Of a stretch of 64,000 bases of DNA, positions 43,002 to 57,082 are shown piece after piece. Source of the stretch: an uncultured Gemmatimonadaceae bacterium (GTDB taxonomy: Bacteria > Gemmatimonadota > Gemmatimonadetes > Gemmatimonadales > Gemmatimonadaceae). The first letter of the stretch is position 1. The number at the start of each line of letters is the position of its first letter. Below the pieces are notes generated by a model. That model made no database searches. It was not told where the DNA came from and saw only the letters and a list, made by a program, of their open reading frames with translations. The position numbers and the translations under genes are program-made. Location: assembly GCA_963716745.1 (NCBI GenBank), contig OY970320.1:640001-704000 (forward strand). The letters run 5' to 3'.

Positions 43002-44258
43002 TTATGCAGGATTCTCCGTGGACGCGTGGAACTCTCCCTCCCATTGCGCCATGACAACAGTGGCCAAACAATTCCCCACGAGATTGATCGACGTCCGCGC
43101 CATGTCCATGATCGCGTCCACGCCGAGGATCACGGCAACGCCCTGGAGCGGTAGCCCGAACGTCGCGAGCGCGCCGGAGAGGATCACGAGTGACGCGCGC
43201 GGCACCGCGGCGACGCCCTTCGACGTGAGCATCAGCGTGAGCATCATGATCAACTGATTGCTGAGCGACATGTCGATGCCGGCGGCCTGCGCGACGAATA
43301 CGCTCGCCACGGCCAAGTACAGCGTGCTGCCGTCGAGGTTGAACGAATAACCGGTGGGCATCACGAAGGCCACGATGCGCCGCGGCACGCCGAACTGCTC
43401 CATGACTTCCATCGCGCGCGGCAGCGCGGCCTCGCTGCTCGCAGTGGAGAACGCGATGAGCGCCGGCTCCTTCACCGTCTTGATGAACCGCTTGAGCGGC
43501 ACCTTGGCGATCAGCGCAACCGGCACGAGCACGAAGATGATGAATACCGCCAGCGCGCCGTAGAGCGTGAGCACGAGCAGGCCGAGGTACTTGAACACGC
43601 CGAGTCCGCTCTTCCCCACGGTGACCGCGATCGCCGCGCCGATGCCGATCGGCGCGAATCCCATCACGAGATTGGTGAACTTGAACATGATCTCGGAAAG
43701 CGACTCACAGAATCGCAGCATCGTCTGTTTGGGCGCATCCGATGCCTTGGAGACCGCGACGCCGAAGAGCACCGCGAAGAACACGATCTGGAGCACCTCG
43801 TTGTTCGCCGCCGCCTCCGCGAAGCTCTGCGGCACAATGTGCTCGAGCACGTTCGCGATCGTCACCTGGTGCCCCGCGAGTTCCTTGCCCGGCGCGTCGG
43901 ACGCCGCGGTGATGTTCACGCCGACGCCCGGCTTCACCCAGTTCACCGCGATGAGTCCCACCGCGAGCGCGAGCGTGGTCACGATCTCGAAGTAGATGAT
44001 CGAGCGCAGCGCCAAACGTCCCACGCGCTTCATATCGTCGCCGTGCCCCGCAATCCCCACGACGAGCGTGCTGAAGATCAGCGGCACGATCAGCAGCTTG
44101 ATCATCCGCAGGAACACGGTGCTCAGCGGCTTGAGCGAAGTGGCGGTGAATGCATTCGCCGCGGCGCCCGCATCGGGGAACAGCGCGCCGATGATCGTGC
44201 CGAGGATCATCGCGATGATGATCCACTGGGTGAGGGAAAGTTTCCGGAGGAAACTCAC
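43002..44258 (-). CDS. Dicarboxylate/amino acid:cation symporter (GltP/DctA family)
   Basis: FLRMIK, AFSTASSEAALP, PTGYSFNLDG, SKGVAAVP, DMARTSINLVGN. Confidence 0.95.
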   Translation of the reverse strand: MSFLRKLSLTQWIIIAMILGTIIGALFPDAGAAANAFTATSLKPLSTVFLRMIKLLIVPLIFSTLVVGIAGHGDDMKRVGRLALRSIIYFEIVTTLALAVGLIAVNWVKPGVGVNITAASDAPGKELAGHQVTIANVLEHIVPQSFAEAAANNEVLQIVFFAVLFGVAVSKASDAPKQTMLRFCESLSEIMFKFTNLVMGFAPIGIGAAIAVTVGKSGLGVFKYLGLLVLTLYGALAVFIIFVLVPVALIAKVPLKRFIKTVKEPALIAFSTASSEAALPRAMEVMEQFGVPRRIVAFVMPTGYSFNLDGSTLYLAVASVFVAQAAGIDMSLSNQLIMMLTLMLTSKGVAAVPRASLVILSGALATFGLPLQGVAVILGVDAIMDMARTSINLVGNCLATVVMAQWEGEFHASTENPA

Positions 44259-44272
44259 GGCTGGCCTCGGCG

Positions 44273-45805
44273 CTAGGCGCTAGGTGGTTGCGCCTGCGCT
44301 TGGCCGCCCTTCAGCGTCGAGTGACCGTAGCCGTACGCGATGTACAGCGCCAAGCCGATCACGAGCCACACGCCGAAGCGGATCCATGTGACGCCCGGCA
44401 GTCCCTTCATCACGTACAAACATGCGGCCGCGCCACCGATCGTCGTGAACCAGAGGCCCGCCTTTCCGCCGGGAACGCGGAACGGGCGCGGGCGCTCGGG
44501 TTCCGTGTGGCGGAGCACCAGCACGCCGATGCACACGAGCACGAACGCGAACAGCGTGCCGATGTTCGTGAGGTCGTACGTCTCGCCGGCGTCGCCGATC
44601 ATGGCCCACGAGGCCACGAACACGCCCGTGAGGATCGTCGTGATGTACGGCGTGCGGTACTTACCGTGCACCTTGGCGGCAAATGGCGGCAGCAGACCAT
44701 CGCGAGCCATCGCGAAGAAGATGCGCGGCTGGCCGTATTGGAATACCAGGAGCACGGCGGTCATCGAGAACACCGCGCCGAACGCGACGATGCGCCCGAC
44801 GTTGTTCAGCCCCGCGAGCTGCAATGCCTTGGACAGTGGATCGGCCACGCCGAGCTGGCTCGTGGGTGCCATACCGGTGAGCACGGCTCCGACGATGATG
44901 TAGATGACGGTGCAGATCGCGAGTCCGCCCAGGATCCCGATGGGCATGTTCCGCTGGGGATCCTTCGTCTCCTCAGCGGCCGTGGAGATGCAGTCGAAGC
45001 CAATGTAGGCGAAGAAGACGATCGCGGCGCCCTGGTGGATCCCGTGCCAACCGTTGGGCGCGAACGGATGGTAATTCGCCGGTGTGATGTGCATGACGCC
45101 CACCGCCACGAACAGCGCGAGCACCACGAGCTTCACCGCCACCATGATGTTGTTCGCGCGAGCGCTCTCCCGCACGCCGAGCACGAGCAGCCACGTGATC
45201 AGCATGACGATCGCGGCCGCGGGAAGGTTGATCAGGATCGGAATGCCGAGGAAGTGCGGTGCGCTCTGCATCAATCCGTGGATCGCCGGATCCGAGCTGA
45301 GGAGCGCGGTGCGATACCCGGTGGTCATCCAATCGGGCAGTTGGAAGGCGCCCTGCATGAGCGTCTTGAAGTAGTCGCCCCACGAGATGGCGACCGCGAC
45401 GTTGCCCACCGCATACTCGAGGATAAGATCCCACCCGATGATCCACGCGACGATCTCGCCGAGCGTGGCATAGGAGTACGCATACGCGCTGCCGGCCTGC
45501 GGGATCATCGCCGCAAGCTCCGCGTAGCACAGCGCGGCCAATGCGCACACGACGCCCAGCAGCAGGAAGGAGAGCACGAGCGCCGGTCCAGCGCCGGCGC
45601 GAATGACCTCGCCATTGGGCCCGAGTTCGCCCGCCGCCGCCGTGCCGATCGCGCCGAAGATCCCGGCGCCGATCACGGCGCCGATCGCGAGCATGATGAG
45701 GTCGAGCGGCCCGAGCGCGCGCTTGAGGCCGTTCGGATTGTCGGCCTCCGCCATGAGCGCGGCGATCGGCTTGCGCGAGAAGAGCCTCTTGACGATTGAG
45801 CTCAT
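44273..45805 (-). CDS. APC-family amino acid permease (cationic amino acid transporter-like)
   Basis: GAVIGAGIF, CYAELA...AGSAY, GWDLILEY, FFAYIGFD, AEETKDP, RDGLLP. Confidence 0.93.
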   Translation of the reverse strand: MSSIVKRLFSRKPIAALMAEADNPNGLKRALGPLDLIMLAIGAVIGAGIFGAIGTAAAGELGPNGEVIRAGAGPALVLSFLLLGVVCALAALCYAELAAMIPQAGSAYAYSYATLGEIVAWIIGWDLILEYAVGNVAVAISWGDYFKTLMQGAFQLPDWMTTGYRTALLSSDPAIHGLMQSAPHFLGIPILINLPAAAIVMLITWLLVLGVRESARANNIMVAVKLVVLALFVAVGVMHITPANYHPFAPNGWHGIHQGAAIVFFAYIGFDCISTAAEETKDPQRNMPIGILGGLAICTVIYIIVGAVLTGMAPTSQLGVADPLSKALQLAGLNNVGRIVAFGAVFSMTAVLLVFQYGQPRIFFAMARDGLLPPFAAKVHGKYRTPYITTILTGVFVASWAMIGDAGETYDLTNIGTLFAFVLVCIGVLVLRHTEPERPRPFRVPGGKAGLWFTTIGGAAACLYVMKGLPGVTWIRFGVWLVIGLALYIAYGYGHSTLKGGQAQAQPPSA

Positions 45806-45838
45806 GCGACCCCACGACCGAAGAAGGAAATGATAGCA

Positions 45839-45868
45839 GACCGGGCGGCCCCGAAGGACCGCCCGGTC
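45839..45868 (-). terminator. Stem-loop after hppA (terminator or stability hairpin)
   Basis: GACCGGGCGG/CCGCCCGGTC stem with cUUCGg loop on the minus strand; weak U-tract. Confidence 0.5.
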
Positions 45869-45883
45869 ACCAACGTACTCGAA

Positions 45884-48301
<2,418 letters not shown>

Positions 48302-48334
48302 GAGGTCAGCGTTTGGGATAAAGGGTGTTCGCGT

Positions 48335-48358
48335 TCGGGACTCGGGACTCGGGATTCG
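48335..48358. repeat. Heptamer tandem repeat (TCGGGAC)n
   Basis: TCGGGAC TCGGGAC TCGGGAT TCG in the spacer upstream of hppA. Confidence 0.7.
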
Positions 48359-48372
48359 CTACTGCGACTTCA

Positions 48373-49831
48373 CTACGCCGCCTCGGCTTTGCGCCAGGCG
48401 TAGTACACGGGGATGCCCACGAGAACGAGCACGAGCCCCAGGAATGCTTGCACGCGCTTCGTCTCGGCGATCAGCAATACGACACACACCGTGCTGGCCA
48501 GAACGATGTAGAGCGCGGGGAGGAACGGATAGCCGATCGCGCGATACGGACGCGGCACGTCGGGACGCTTCGCGCGCAGCACGAAGAGGCCGATCGTCGT
48601 GAGGGCGTAGAAGAGGAGCGCGGCGAAGATCACGTAGTCGAGCAATTGGCCGTACGTGCCGCTCAGGCAGAGGAGCGAGGTCCAGATCGCCTGGGCCACG
48701 AGCGCGACGGCCGGCACGCTTCGCTTGCTCAGCACGCCCGCCTTCTTGAAGAACAACCCGTCCCGCGACATCGCGTAGTACACGCGGCTGCCCGAGAGGA
48801 TGAGCCCGTTGTTCGCGCCGAACGTGGAGATCAAGATCGCCACCGCCATCAGCGTCACGCCGCTCGCACCGAAGATCACCTCGGCGGCGGCGGTGCCCAC
48901 GCGGTCCTGCGACGCGAACTGGATGCCACGCGCCATGACGTCGGCGCCGTCCTTCGCACCGTGCAGCGGCAACGTGCTCAGATACGAGATGTTGGTCATC
49001 ACGTAGAGCACCGTCACGAGCAGTGTGCCCATCGCGAGCGCGCGCGGGAGGTTCCGCGCCGCATCCTTCACTTCGGCGGCCGCGAAGGTCACGTTGTTCC
49101 ACGCATCGCTCGAGAAGAGCGAGCCCACCATCGCGGCGCCGAACACCACGACGAAAGCTCCGGTCCACGTTCCGTGCGCCGTGAAATTCCCGGCGCCGAA
49201 ATTCGCGGCGACCGCCGTCGCGTTGCGGCCCACGGCGAGGCCCAGGATCACGAGCAGCGCGAGCGCGGCCGTCTTCACGAGTGTGAACGACGTTTGCACG
49301 AGCTTCCCCTCGCGCACGCCGCGGAGATTCACCCACGTCAGCACCCACACGCTCACGATCGCCACGACGCGCTGCGCGGTGAGGCCGAAGGTGATCGTGC
49401 CGCCCGGGATGGTCGTCTCGGCGTGCGGGAACCACGGGTACAGGTCCGGCGTGATCGCCGGCCAGAGCACCCCAAGGAAGCGCGCGAAGGCCACCGCCAC
49501 GGCAGCGATCGTGCCCGTCTGGATGATCGTGAAAAGGGTCCAGCCATAGAGGAAACCCATGAGTGGACCCATCGCTTCGCGGAGGAACACGTACTGCCCG
49601 CCGGCTCGCGGGTACATGGCCGCCATCTCGCCGTACGCGAGGGCGCCGAGCAGGGTCATGAGCCCCGAGAGCCCCCATACGCAAAGCAGCGAGCAGCGGA
49701 GAGCCGAGCGACCGCGAGATGTCCGCCGAGACGATGAAGATCCCCGATCCGATCATGGAGCCGGCCACGAGCATCGTCGCATCGGTGAGCGACATGGCCT
49801 TTACGAACTCGGAGGACGGCTCAGGGCTCAT
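48373..49831 (-). CDS. APC-family amino acid permease (LAT-like), frameshift near 49700
   Basis: GSMIGSGIF in the upstream frame, then GALAYGEMAAMYPRAGGQY, DAWNN, SRVYYAMSRDG, RPYR in 48373..49659. Confidence 0.9.
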
Positions 49832-49917
49832 CAAACCTCGGCTAACTGCTGTCTGGGGGCGCGTTTCGAGGCGGAAAACTAGCCCAGCGCGAGGGTGGAG
49901 GCTAGGGCGCGATACTA

Positions 49918-50021
49918 CGCGGGAAGCGGGACGCGGGAAGCGCCGCGGGAGGCGAGAACTGACGTGGCGCTCATCGGTGGTTCTCGCATCCCGCGGCGCG
50001 TCCCGCGTCCCGCGTCCCGCG
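49918..50021. repeat. REP-like palindrome, (GCGGGAM)3-GCGCCGCG family, copy 1
   Basis: Arms CGCGGGAAGCGGGACGCGGGAAGCGCCGCGGGA and TCCCGCGGCGCGTCCCGCGTCCCGCGTCCCGCG. Confidence 0.88.
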
Positions 50022-50024
50022 CAG

Positions 50025-50860
50025 TTACAGCTCCAAATCGTACGGGAACACCGACGCCACCGGCGTCCCGTCCCGCTTGTGCGCCGGCCGGAATTTGTAC
50101 TCGAGGCATTTCGCCCGGAGCAGCTTGTCGTAGCCGCGGTCACCCGAGGATTCGAATTCGACGCGCAGCACCTTGCCGTGGTCGTCGAGGGCGAACAGGA
50201 GCTTGAGTTTCTTGCCGCGCACGCTGTTCGGAGATGGGAGCGGCGGCAGGATGAGATACTCCGGCGTCGCGAGGTAGATATCGCCCCCCTCGCCGCCCGT
50301 CCCCGGCCCGTTCGCCGAGCCCGTGCCGGTGCCGACGCCCGTGCCGATCCCGCCGCCCGAGCCGGGGCCGTTGCCGCCCGTGCCGTCGGTGCCGCTGCCG
50401 CCGCCGGTTCCGGCGACCGGCGCGATCGCTTCCACCGGCGGCGGCGTGACGTCGAGCTTCACATCGATCTTCGCAACGGGCGGCACGATCTCCTTCGGCG
50501 GTGGCGGCGGTACGGGCTTGGGCGGCTGCGGCAGCTGCGAGCTGCTGCGCGGGCGGCGCCGCCGGCGGCTTCACGGCGAAGTAGCGCACGTGCTCCTCGC
50601 GGATCTCGCCGCCATTGCCGCGGTTCCCGCCGCCACCGCCGCCGACCGGGCCCAGCGCCGCCCGCGCCCTTCTCCACCACGAGCGCCACGTCGTGCTCGA
50701 AGAGCGGCACGAAGATCAGCAGGATGATCAGCAGGTGCATGAGCACCGACACGATGCCCCCGCCCCGCCCCTCGCGCCCCAATGGCAGGCCGAGTGGCGG
50801 TCGATAGCGGGGCTTCGGCGCCCCGCGCGCGGGAAGGTTCACTTGAACGTTGTCGGCCAT
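50025..50860 (-). CDS. TonB-like energy transducer (TM anchor, Pro/Gly-rich linker, TonB_C-like end); multiple frameshifts
   Basis: SVLMHLLII anchor (SxxxH), Pro-rich and GTG-repeat linker, C-terminal SSGDRGYD...KFRPA..DGTPV. Confidence 0.65.
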
Positions 50861-50904
50861 CGCTCCTCTGGGGCCGCGCGCAATGGATCTCGCGCTCACA
50901 CCCC

Positions 50905-50950
50905 CTAAAAATAATACGACGGACGAACCCGGAAGGTTCGTCCGTCGTAT
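50905..50950 (-). terminator. Rho-independent terminator after exbD
   Basis: Perfect 16-bp stem ATACGACGGACGAACC/GGTTCGTCCGTCGTAT followed by TATTTTT on the minus strand. Confidence 0.85.
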
Positions 50951-50972
50951 GCCAGCGCTCGCGCGCCGGGGG

Positions 50973-51377
50973 TTACTTGGGCGGAATGCCGATGACCTTC
51001 ACGCCGGCACCGCGCGCCGCATCCATCGCCAACACCACATCCTGGTACTTCACGGCCGGATCGCCCTTCACGAAGATGATCTTCTCGGGGCGCTGGTCGT
51101 AAATATCCTTGAGCCGCGCCGCGAGCCCTGCCTGCGTCACATCTTCGCTGTTGATCTTGAACACGCCGTTCGGCAGCACCTGCAACACGATCTGTGGCGT
51201 CGGCGGTCCCGGCGGCGTGTTCTGCGGCGTCGGATCGGGCAGCTGCAGATCGATCGCCTTCCGCATCATCGGGATCGTCATCATGAAGATGATCAGCAGC
51301 ACCAGCAGCACGTCGATCATCGGCGTGACGTTGATATCGTTCGTGAGGCCGCCCCCGCCTCCAGTGGACATCGACAT
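50973..51377 (-). CDS. exbD: Biopolymer transporter ExbD/TolR
   Basis: INVTPMIDVLLVLLIIFM. Confidence 0.9.
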   Translation of the reverse strand: MSMSTGGGGGLTNDINVTPMIDVLLVLLIIFMMTIPMMRKAIDLQLPDPTPQNTPPGPPTPQIVLQVLPNGVFKINSEDVTQAGLAARLKDIYDQRPEKIIFVKGDPAVKYQDVVLAMDAARGAGVKVIGIPPK

Positions 51378-51388
51378 AGTCTCGTCTC

Positions 51389-51850
51389 CTACGGCGTTGG
51401 GGGCTTCTTCTGATCCTCAGGCGCCGTACTCGATGTGCCCGGCGTCTGATCGCTGATCGCGCCGACCACCCGCACACCGTTGTGCGCGGCGATGTCGATC
51501 GCGTCCAGCACCTTGCTGTACTGCAGATCCCGGTCCGCCTTCAGGTACAGGATCTTGTCCGTCGTGCGTGCATCGAAGATCGCCTTCAATTGCTCGGCCA
51601 GTGTCTCGTTCTTGATCGGGCGCTTGTTGAGATAGTACTGGCCATCACGGTCGATCCCGAGCACTTGATCGTCGGGATCCTCCGGGTGCGACTTCAGATT
51701 GATGCCGACCGGCGGCTGCGCCGCGAAGCCGGCGTTGATGAGCGGCGTCACGATCATGAAGATGATCAGCAGCACGAGCATGACGTCGATCATCGGCGTC
51801 ACGTTCGGTTCCGCTTTGACTCCGCCCCCTCCTCCAGTGGACATCCCCAT
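51389..51850 (-). CDS. exbD: Biopolymer transporter ExbD/TolR
   Basis: PNVTPMIDVMLVLLIIFMIVTP, LKADR. Confidence 0.9.
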   Translation of the reverse strand: MGMSTGGGGGVKAEPNVTPMIDVMLVLLIIFMIVTPLINAGFAAQPPVGINLKSHPEDPDDQVLGIDRDGQYYLNKRPIKNETLAEQLKAIFDARTTDKILYLKADRDLQYSKVLDAIDIAAHNGVRVVGAISDQTPGTSSTAPEDQKKPPTP

Positions 51851-51878
51851 GGGATGATCTCCTCAGTGGAATGTCGGA

Positions 51879-52616
51879 CTACTGCGCGATCGGGCCGCCG
51901 CTTCCGCTCGCCGCGCTGAACTCGCGGGTGAAGCGCGAACGGCCGAACTCGCCGGCGACGCCCTTGATCAGATAGTCGATCATCTCCTTCGAGGTATACG
52001 TCATCTCGACCTGGAGATTGTCAATTTTCGTCGTGAAGTAGTTGTACGCCCACACCGCCGGGATCGCGACGACGAGACCGAAGGCCGTCGTGATCAGCGC
52101 CTCGGCCACACCGGCCGAGATCGCGCCGATGCCGCCCGCGCCGCTCTGCGCCATGCCCTGGAACGCGTTCACGATACCCATCGTCGTGCCGAGCAGACCC
52201 ACGAACGGCGCCGTGGCGCCGACGGTCGCGAGCACCGCGAGGCCGCGCTTCAGCTCCGCCAGGATGATCATCATGTTGCGCTCCACCGCGCGCTCCGCCG
52301 AGTTGATGTCGGACACGGTGACCGAGCCGTCCTGCAGCAGCGGCTTCACTTCGCCCAAGGCGCCGCCGAGCACGCGCGCGACGTGCGACTTCTTGTAGCT
52401 CTCCGCGAGCTTGATCGCCTCGTTGAGGTTGTCCTCTTCGAGGAACTGCGAGAACTCAGGCGCGAACTTGCGCGTCTCGGCCTGCGCCTTGCGCAGTCTC
52501 CACCACTTCTGGAGCATGATGGACATCGAGAAGAGCGACATCGCGAGGAGCGTGAACACGATCCCCTTCGCGAACCAGCCCATCGAGTTGTAGAGCGTAA
52601 TGAGTGAGATGTTCAT
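51879..52616 (-). CDS. exbB: MotA/TolQ/ExbB proton channel
   Basis: ATAPFVGLLGT, GVAEALITTAFGLVVAIPAV. Confidence 0.92.
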   Translation of the reverse strand: MNISLITLYNSMGWFAKGIVFTLLAMSLFSMSIMLQKWWRLRKAQAETRKFAPEFSQFLEEDNLNEAIKLAESYKKSHVARVLGGALGEVKPLLQDGSVTVSDINSAERAVERNMMIILAELKRGLAVLATVGATAPFVGLLGTTMGIVNAFQGMAQSGAGGIGAISAGVAEALITTAFGLVVAIPAVWAYNYFTTKIDNLQVEMTYTSKEMIDYLIKGVAGEFGRSRFTREFSAASGSGGPIAQ

Positions 52617-52651
52617 GGTGACGAGTCTCCCCTAGTGCGGAATGGAAGTGA

Positions 52652-53353
52652 TTACTTCTTCAGCGGTGCGAATGTGAACGGCTGCTGCACGACCTGCCGT
52701 ACCTTGTGGCCGCCGGCCTCGGCGGGGTAGAACTTGAGGAAGGGCAGGACGCGCTTCACTTCCTGTCCGAACAGCTCGTTCGATGCCTTGAGGATCTTGA
52801 ACGAATTCATCTCGGGATGGCCGAGCGTGTCGACCACGAACTGCACCAGTACTTCGCCGGCCACCTGCGCGTTCTGGAGGATCTCCGGATAGCGCGGCGA
52901 CGGATTGCCATCGCGCGCCAGTACCGGCTTCTCCACCTGGAACTCGAACAGCGGCTGGTCGGTGGGCGTGCCACCCACGACACCCTTGGACGTTCCGCCG
53001 GCGACTCCCTTTCCGCTGAAGTCGTTCTCGTCGGTCACGGCCTTGGAGAGATCGACATCCGGGATCTTGTCCGGGATGTTCACCGGCGCCTGCAAGAGCT
53101 GGAAGCCCTTGGGCGGCGGCGGCGCCGCGATCTCCTGCGGCGGTGGCGGCTTCTTCTCCTCGGGCGGCGGATCCTTCTTCGTCTCCGCGAACTTCACGTC
53201 CTCCGCGACCACTTTCTCGACGACCTTCTCCCCGGCGTGCAGGGTGACGACGACGAGCAGCGCGACGACGGCGACGTGGAGGAAGAGACTGAAGACCGTG
53301 CCAGTGACCTGGCGGTCCTTCGCCCGCTTCGATTCGATCAGGTTGTTGAACAT
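52652..53353 (-). CDS. tonB: Energy transducer TonB
   Basis: SLFLH anchor, PPP-rich linker, PRYP...GEVLVQFVVD...FYPA. Confidence 0.9.
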   Translation of the reverse strand: MFNNLIESKRAKDRQVTGTVFSLFLHVAVVALLVVVTLHAGEKVVEKVVAEDVKFAETKKDPPPEEKKPPPPQEIAAPPPPKGFQLLQAPVNIPDKIPDVDLSKAVTDENDFSGKGVAGGTSKGVVGGTPTDQPLFEFQVEKPVLARDGNPSPRYPEILQNAQVAGEVLVQFVVDTLGHPEMNSFKILKASNELFGQEVKRVLPFLKFYPAEAGGHKVRQVVQQPFTFAPLKK

Positions 53354-53464
53354 GCGTCGCTCACCTGAAGGTGAATGCTCCGGTGATACTGAGTTGCGGG
53401 AGAAAAGGTATGCGCGGTGGATTGAGGGGTAATGATTCAAACATTAAGAATTGGTGATAATAAA

Positions 53465-53527
53465 TGCGGACAACGGGCTGTCGGCTGTAGGCTGTCGCAG
53501 GCCACAGCCGACAGCCGACAGTCCGCA
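53465..53527. repeat. 63-bp palindrome built of GGCTGT(C/A) heptamers
   Basis: TGCGGAC..GGCTGTC GGCTGTA GGCTGTC pairs with ACAGCC GACAGCC GACAGTCCGCA. Ends 2 nt from the kinase stop. Confidence 0.8.
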
Positions 53528-53528
53528 G

Positions 53529-55001
53529 TTAGGCTGTGCCCGGCGCTACGACCTCCGTCGCCGGCTCATAGATGGGCAACGTCACCGTGAACGTCGTTCC
53601 CCTCGTGAGTCTCGACCTCACCGCGATCGATCCCCCATGCGCCTCCGCGATGTACTGCGCGATCGCGAGGCCGAGGCCGAAGCCGCCGCGCTCCGACAGA
53701 CGCGAGCGCGCGCGATCGGCTCGGTAGAAGCGCTCGAAGATGTGCGGCAGATCGCCGGCCGAGATCCCGATGCCGGAATCGCGCACGCTGAATGCGACGG
53801 TGCGTTCGTGCCGGAGCAGGTTGAGTTCCACGCTGCCGCCCCGCGGCGTGTACTTGATGGCGTTCGTGGCGACGTTGAGGAAGAGATGGCGCAGGCGCGT
53901 GCTGTCGCCGTAGACCATCGCGGCCTCGAGACGCGGCAGCGTGACGGTCAACTCGGCGCTCTCACCGAGGATCGCGGCGGTCTCGAACACATCGCGCACG
54001 ATCAGCGCGAGGTCCACCGGTTCGCGATGCAGGTCGAAACGGCCCTCGTCCGCGCGCGCGAGCGTGAGCAGGCTCTCCACCAGGTCGGCCATGCGCGTGA
54101 TCTCGTGCAGCGCCTCCTCGAGCGCCACGAGGCGGTCGGCGCGCGGCGCGCTCTCGGTCATCGCGCGTTCCACGTCGGCGCGCAGCACGGCGAGCGGGGT
54201 CTTCAACTCGTGGCTCGCGTCCGCGGTGAACCGGCGCAGCGCGCCGAACGAACTCTCGAGGCGCTCGAGCATCTCGTTCAGCGTCGACACGAGCCGTTGC
54301 ATCTCCGCGCCCTCGATGGCCGCGAGCCGCCGGTGCAGCGATCGACCGTCGGTGATCGCGTGCAGTTCGTTGATGATCTTGTCCACTGGCCTGATGGCGC
54401 GGCCGGCGATCGCGTACCCGAGCGCGAGCGACACGAGGAGGAGCAGCGGCGCGATGACCACGAGCGTGCCGATCAGCTCGCGCAGGCCCTCCTGCACCAC
54501 CGGGCGGATCGGGATCGCCACCGCGATGCGCGCGATCGCCGACCGCGTGGCCTCGGGCTGCCGGATCACGAGCAGCATCGGCTCGCCTTTGAGCTGGAGC
54601 ACGCGCGCCGCGCCGCCCGCCGGCGACGCGAGCGACGTCGTGTCGAGCAGCACTTTGTCGTCGGAGGAGAGGTCCTGGACGGCCGATTGTGACAGCGCCA
54701 GCAGCCGGCCATCCTGCGCGAGCACGGCGACGTAGTCTGGCATCCCCTCCACGAGCGCGCGCAGGTCAGGCATGAGCACGGGGCCCACGACCGAATCGCG
54801 CACGATCGTGACGGGGTGCCCCGCTTCCTCCGTTTGACGGAACACGGCGAGCACGATCTCGGCCTCGGCGCGCGCGGTGCGCCGCACTTCCTCGGCGGCA
54901 CCGGAGCGGCGCGCGACCCACACCGCCCCCGCGAACGCGAACATCGTGATGAGCAGCGCCCCGGCGAAGCGGACGGTGAGCTGGAAACGGATCGTGTTCA
55001 T
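53529..55001 (-). CDS. Membrane sensor histidine kinase with HAMP (CusS/heavy-metal-sensor-like)
   Basis: Two TMs, FTADASHELKTPL, NAIKY, DSGIGI, FERFYR, GFGLGL. Confidence 0.93.
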   Translation of the reverse strand: MNTIRFQLTVRFAGALLITMFAFAGAVWVARRSGAAEEVRRTARAEAEIVLAVFRQTEEAGHPVTIVRDSVVGPVLMPDLRALVEGMPDYVAVLAQDGRLLALSQSAVQDLSSDDKVLLDTTSLASPAGGAARVLQLKGEPMLLVIRQPEATRSAIARIAVAIPIRPVVQEGLRELIGTLVVIAPLLLLVSLALGYAIAGRAIRPVDKIINELHAITDGRSLHRRLAAIEGAEMQRLVSTLNEMLERLESSFGALRRFTADASHELKTPLAVLRADVERAMTESAPRADRLVALEEALHEITRMADLVESLLTLARADEGRFDLHREPVDLALIVRDVFETAAILGESAELTVTLPRLEAAMVYGDSTRLRHLFLNVATNAIKYTPRGGSVELNLLRHERTVAFSVRDSGIGISAGDLPHIFERFYRADRARSRLSERGGFGLGLAIAQYIAEAHGGSIAVRSRLTRGTTFTVTLPIYEPATEVVAPGTA

Positions 55002-55025
55002 CGCCGGCGGCGCGCGCGGTGCGCG

Positions 55026-55690
55026 CTACTCCCGCACCACGTAGCCCACGCCGCGCACGGTGTGGATGAGCTTCACCTTGTGCCCGGTGTCCACCTTCTT
55101 GCGCAGATGGTTGATCACGACGTCCACGATGTTCGTGCCGGGATCGAAGTGATACCCCCACGCGTATTCGGTGATGAGCGTGCGGCTCATGACACGGCCG
55201 GGATGCCGCATCAGATATTCGAGCACCGTGAATTCCTTGGGCGTGAGCTCGATCGCGTCCTTGCCGCGCGTGACCGTGCGCGTGTTGCGGTCGAGCTCCA
55301 GGTCGAGCACGTGCAGCACCGGCGCCGCGATCACCTGCGGGCGCCGGCTCAGCGCCTCGACGCGCGCGAGCAGCTCTTCGAACGCGAACGGCTTGGTGAC
55401 GTAGTCGTCGGCGCCGGCGCGCAGCGCCTTCACCTTCGCGTCCACCGCGTCCTGCGCCGTGAGCACGAGCACCGGCCGTTCGAAGCCGCGGGCGCGGAGA
55501 TTGTGCAGCACCTCCATGCCCGAGCGCCCGGGCAGGCGCATGTCGAGCACGATCAGATCGTACGAGCCGTTCGCGGCGAGCTTCTCCCCTTCCTCGCCTT
55601 CGGCGACGAGGTCCACCACCCAGCGCTGCTCCTCGAGACCGCGCTTCACGTACTGGCCGACGGTGGGGTCGTCCTCGATCACGAGGATCT

Positions 55691-55694
<4 letters not shown>
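55026..55694 (-). CDS. OmpR-family response regulator (CusR-like)
   Basis: GTG start VKILVIEDD, LDMRLP, GADDYVTKPF, LTPKEF, NIVDVVINHLRKK, TVRGVGY. Confidence 0.94.

Positions 55695-57078
<1,384 letters not shown>

Positions 57079-57082
<4 letters not shown>

Noticed and set aside
50300..50420. GC-rich repetitive tract
   Set aside because: Explained by the Gly/Thr-rich coding linker of the TonB-like protein.
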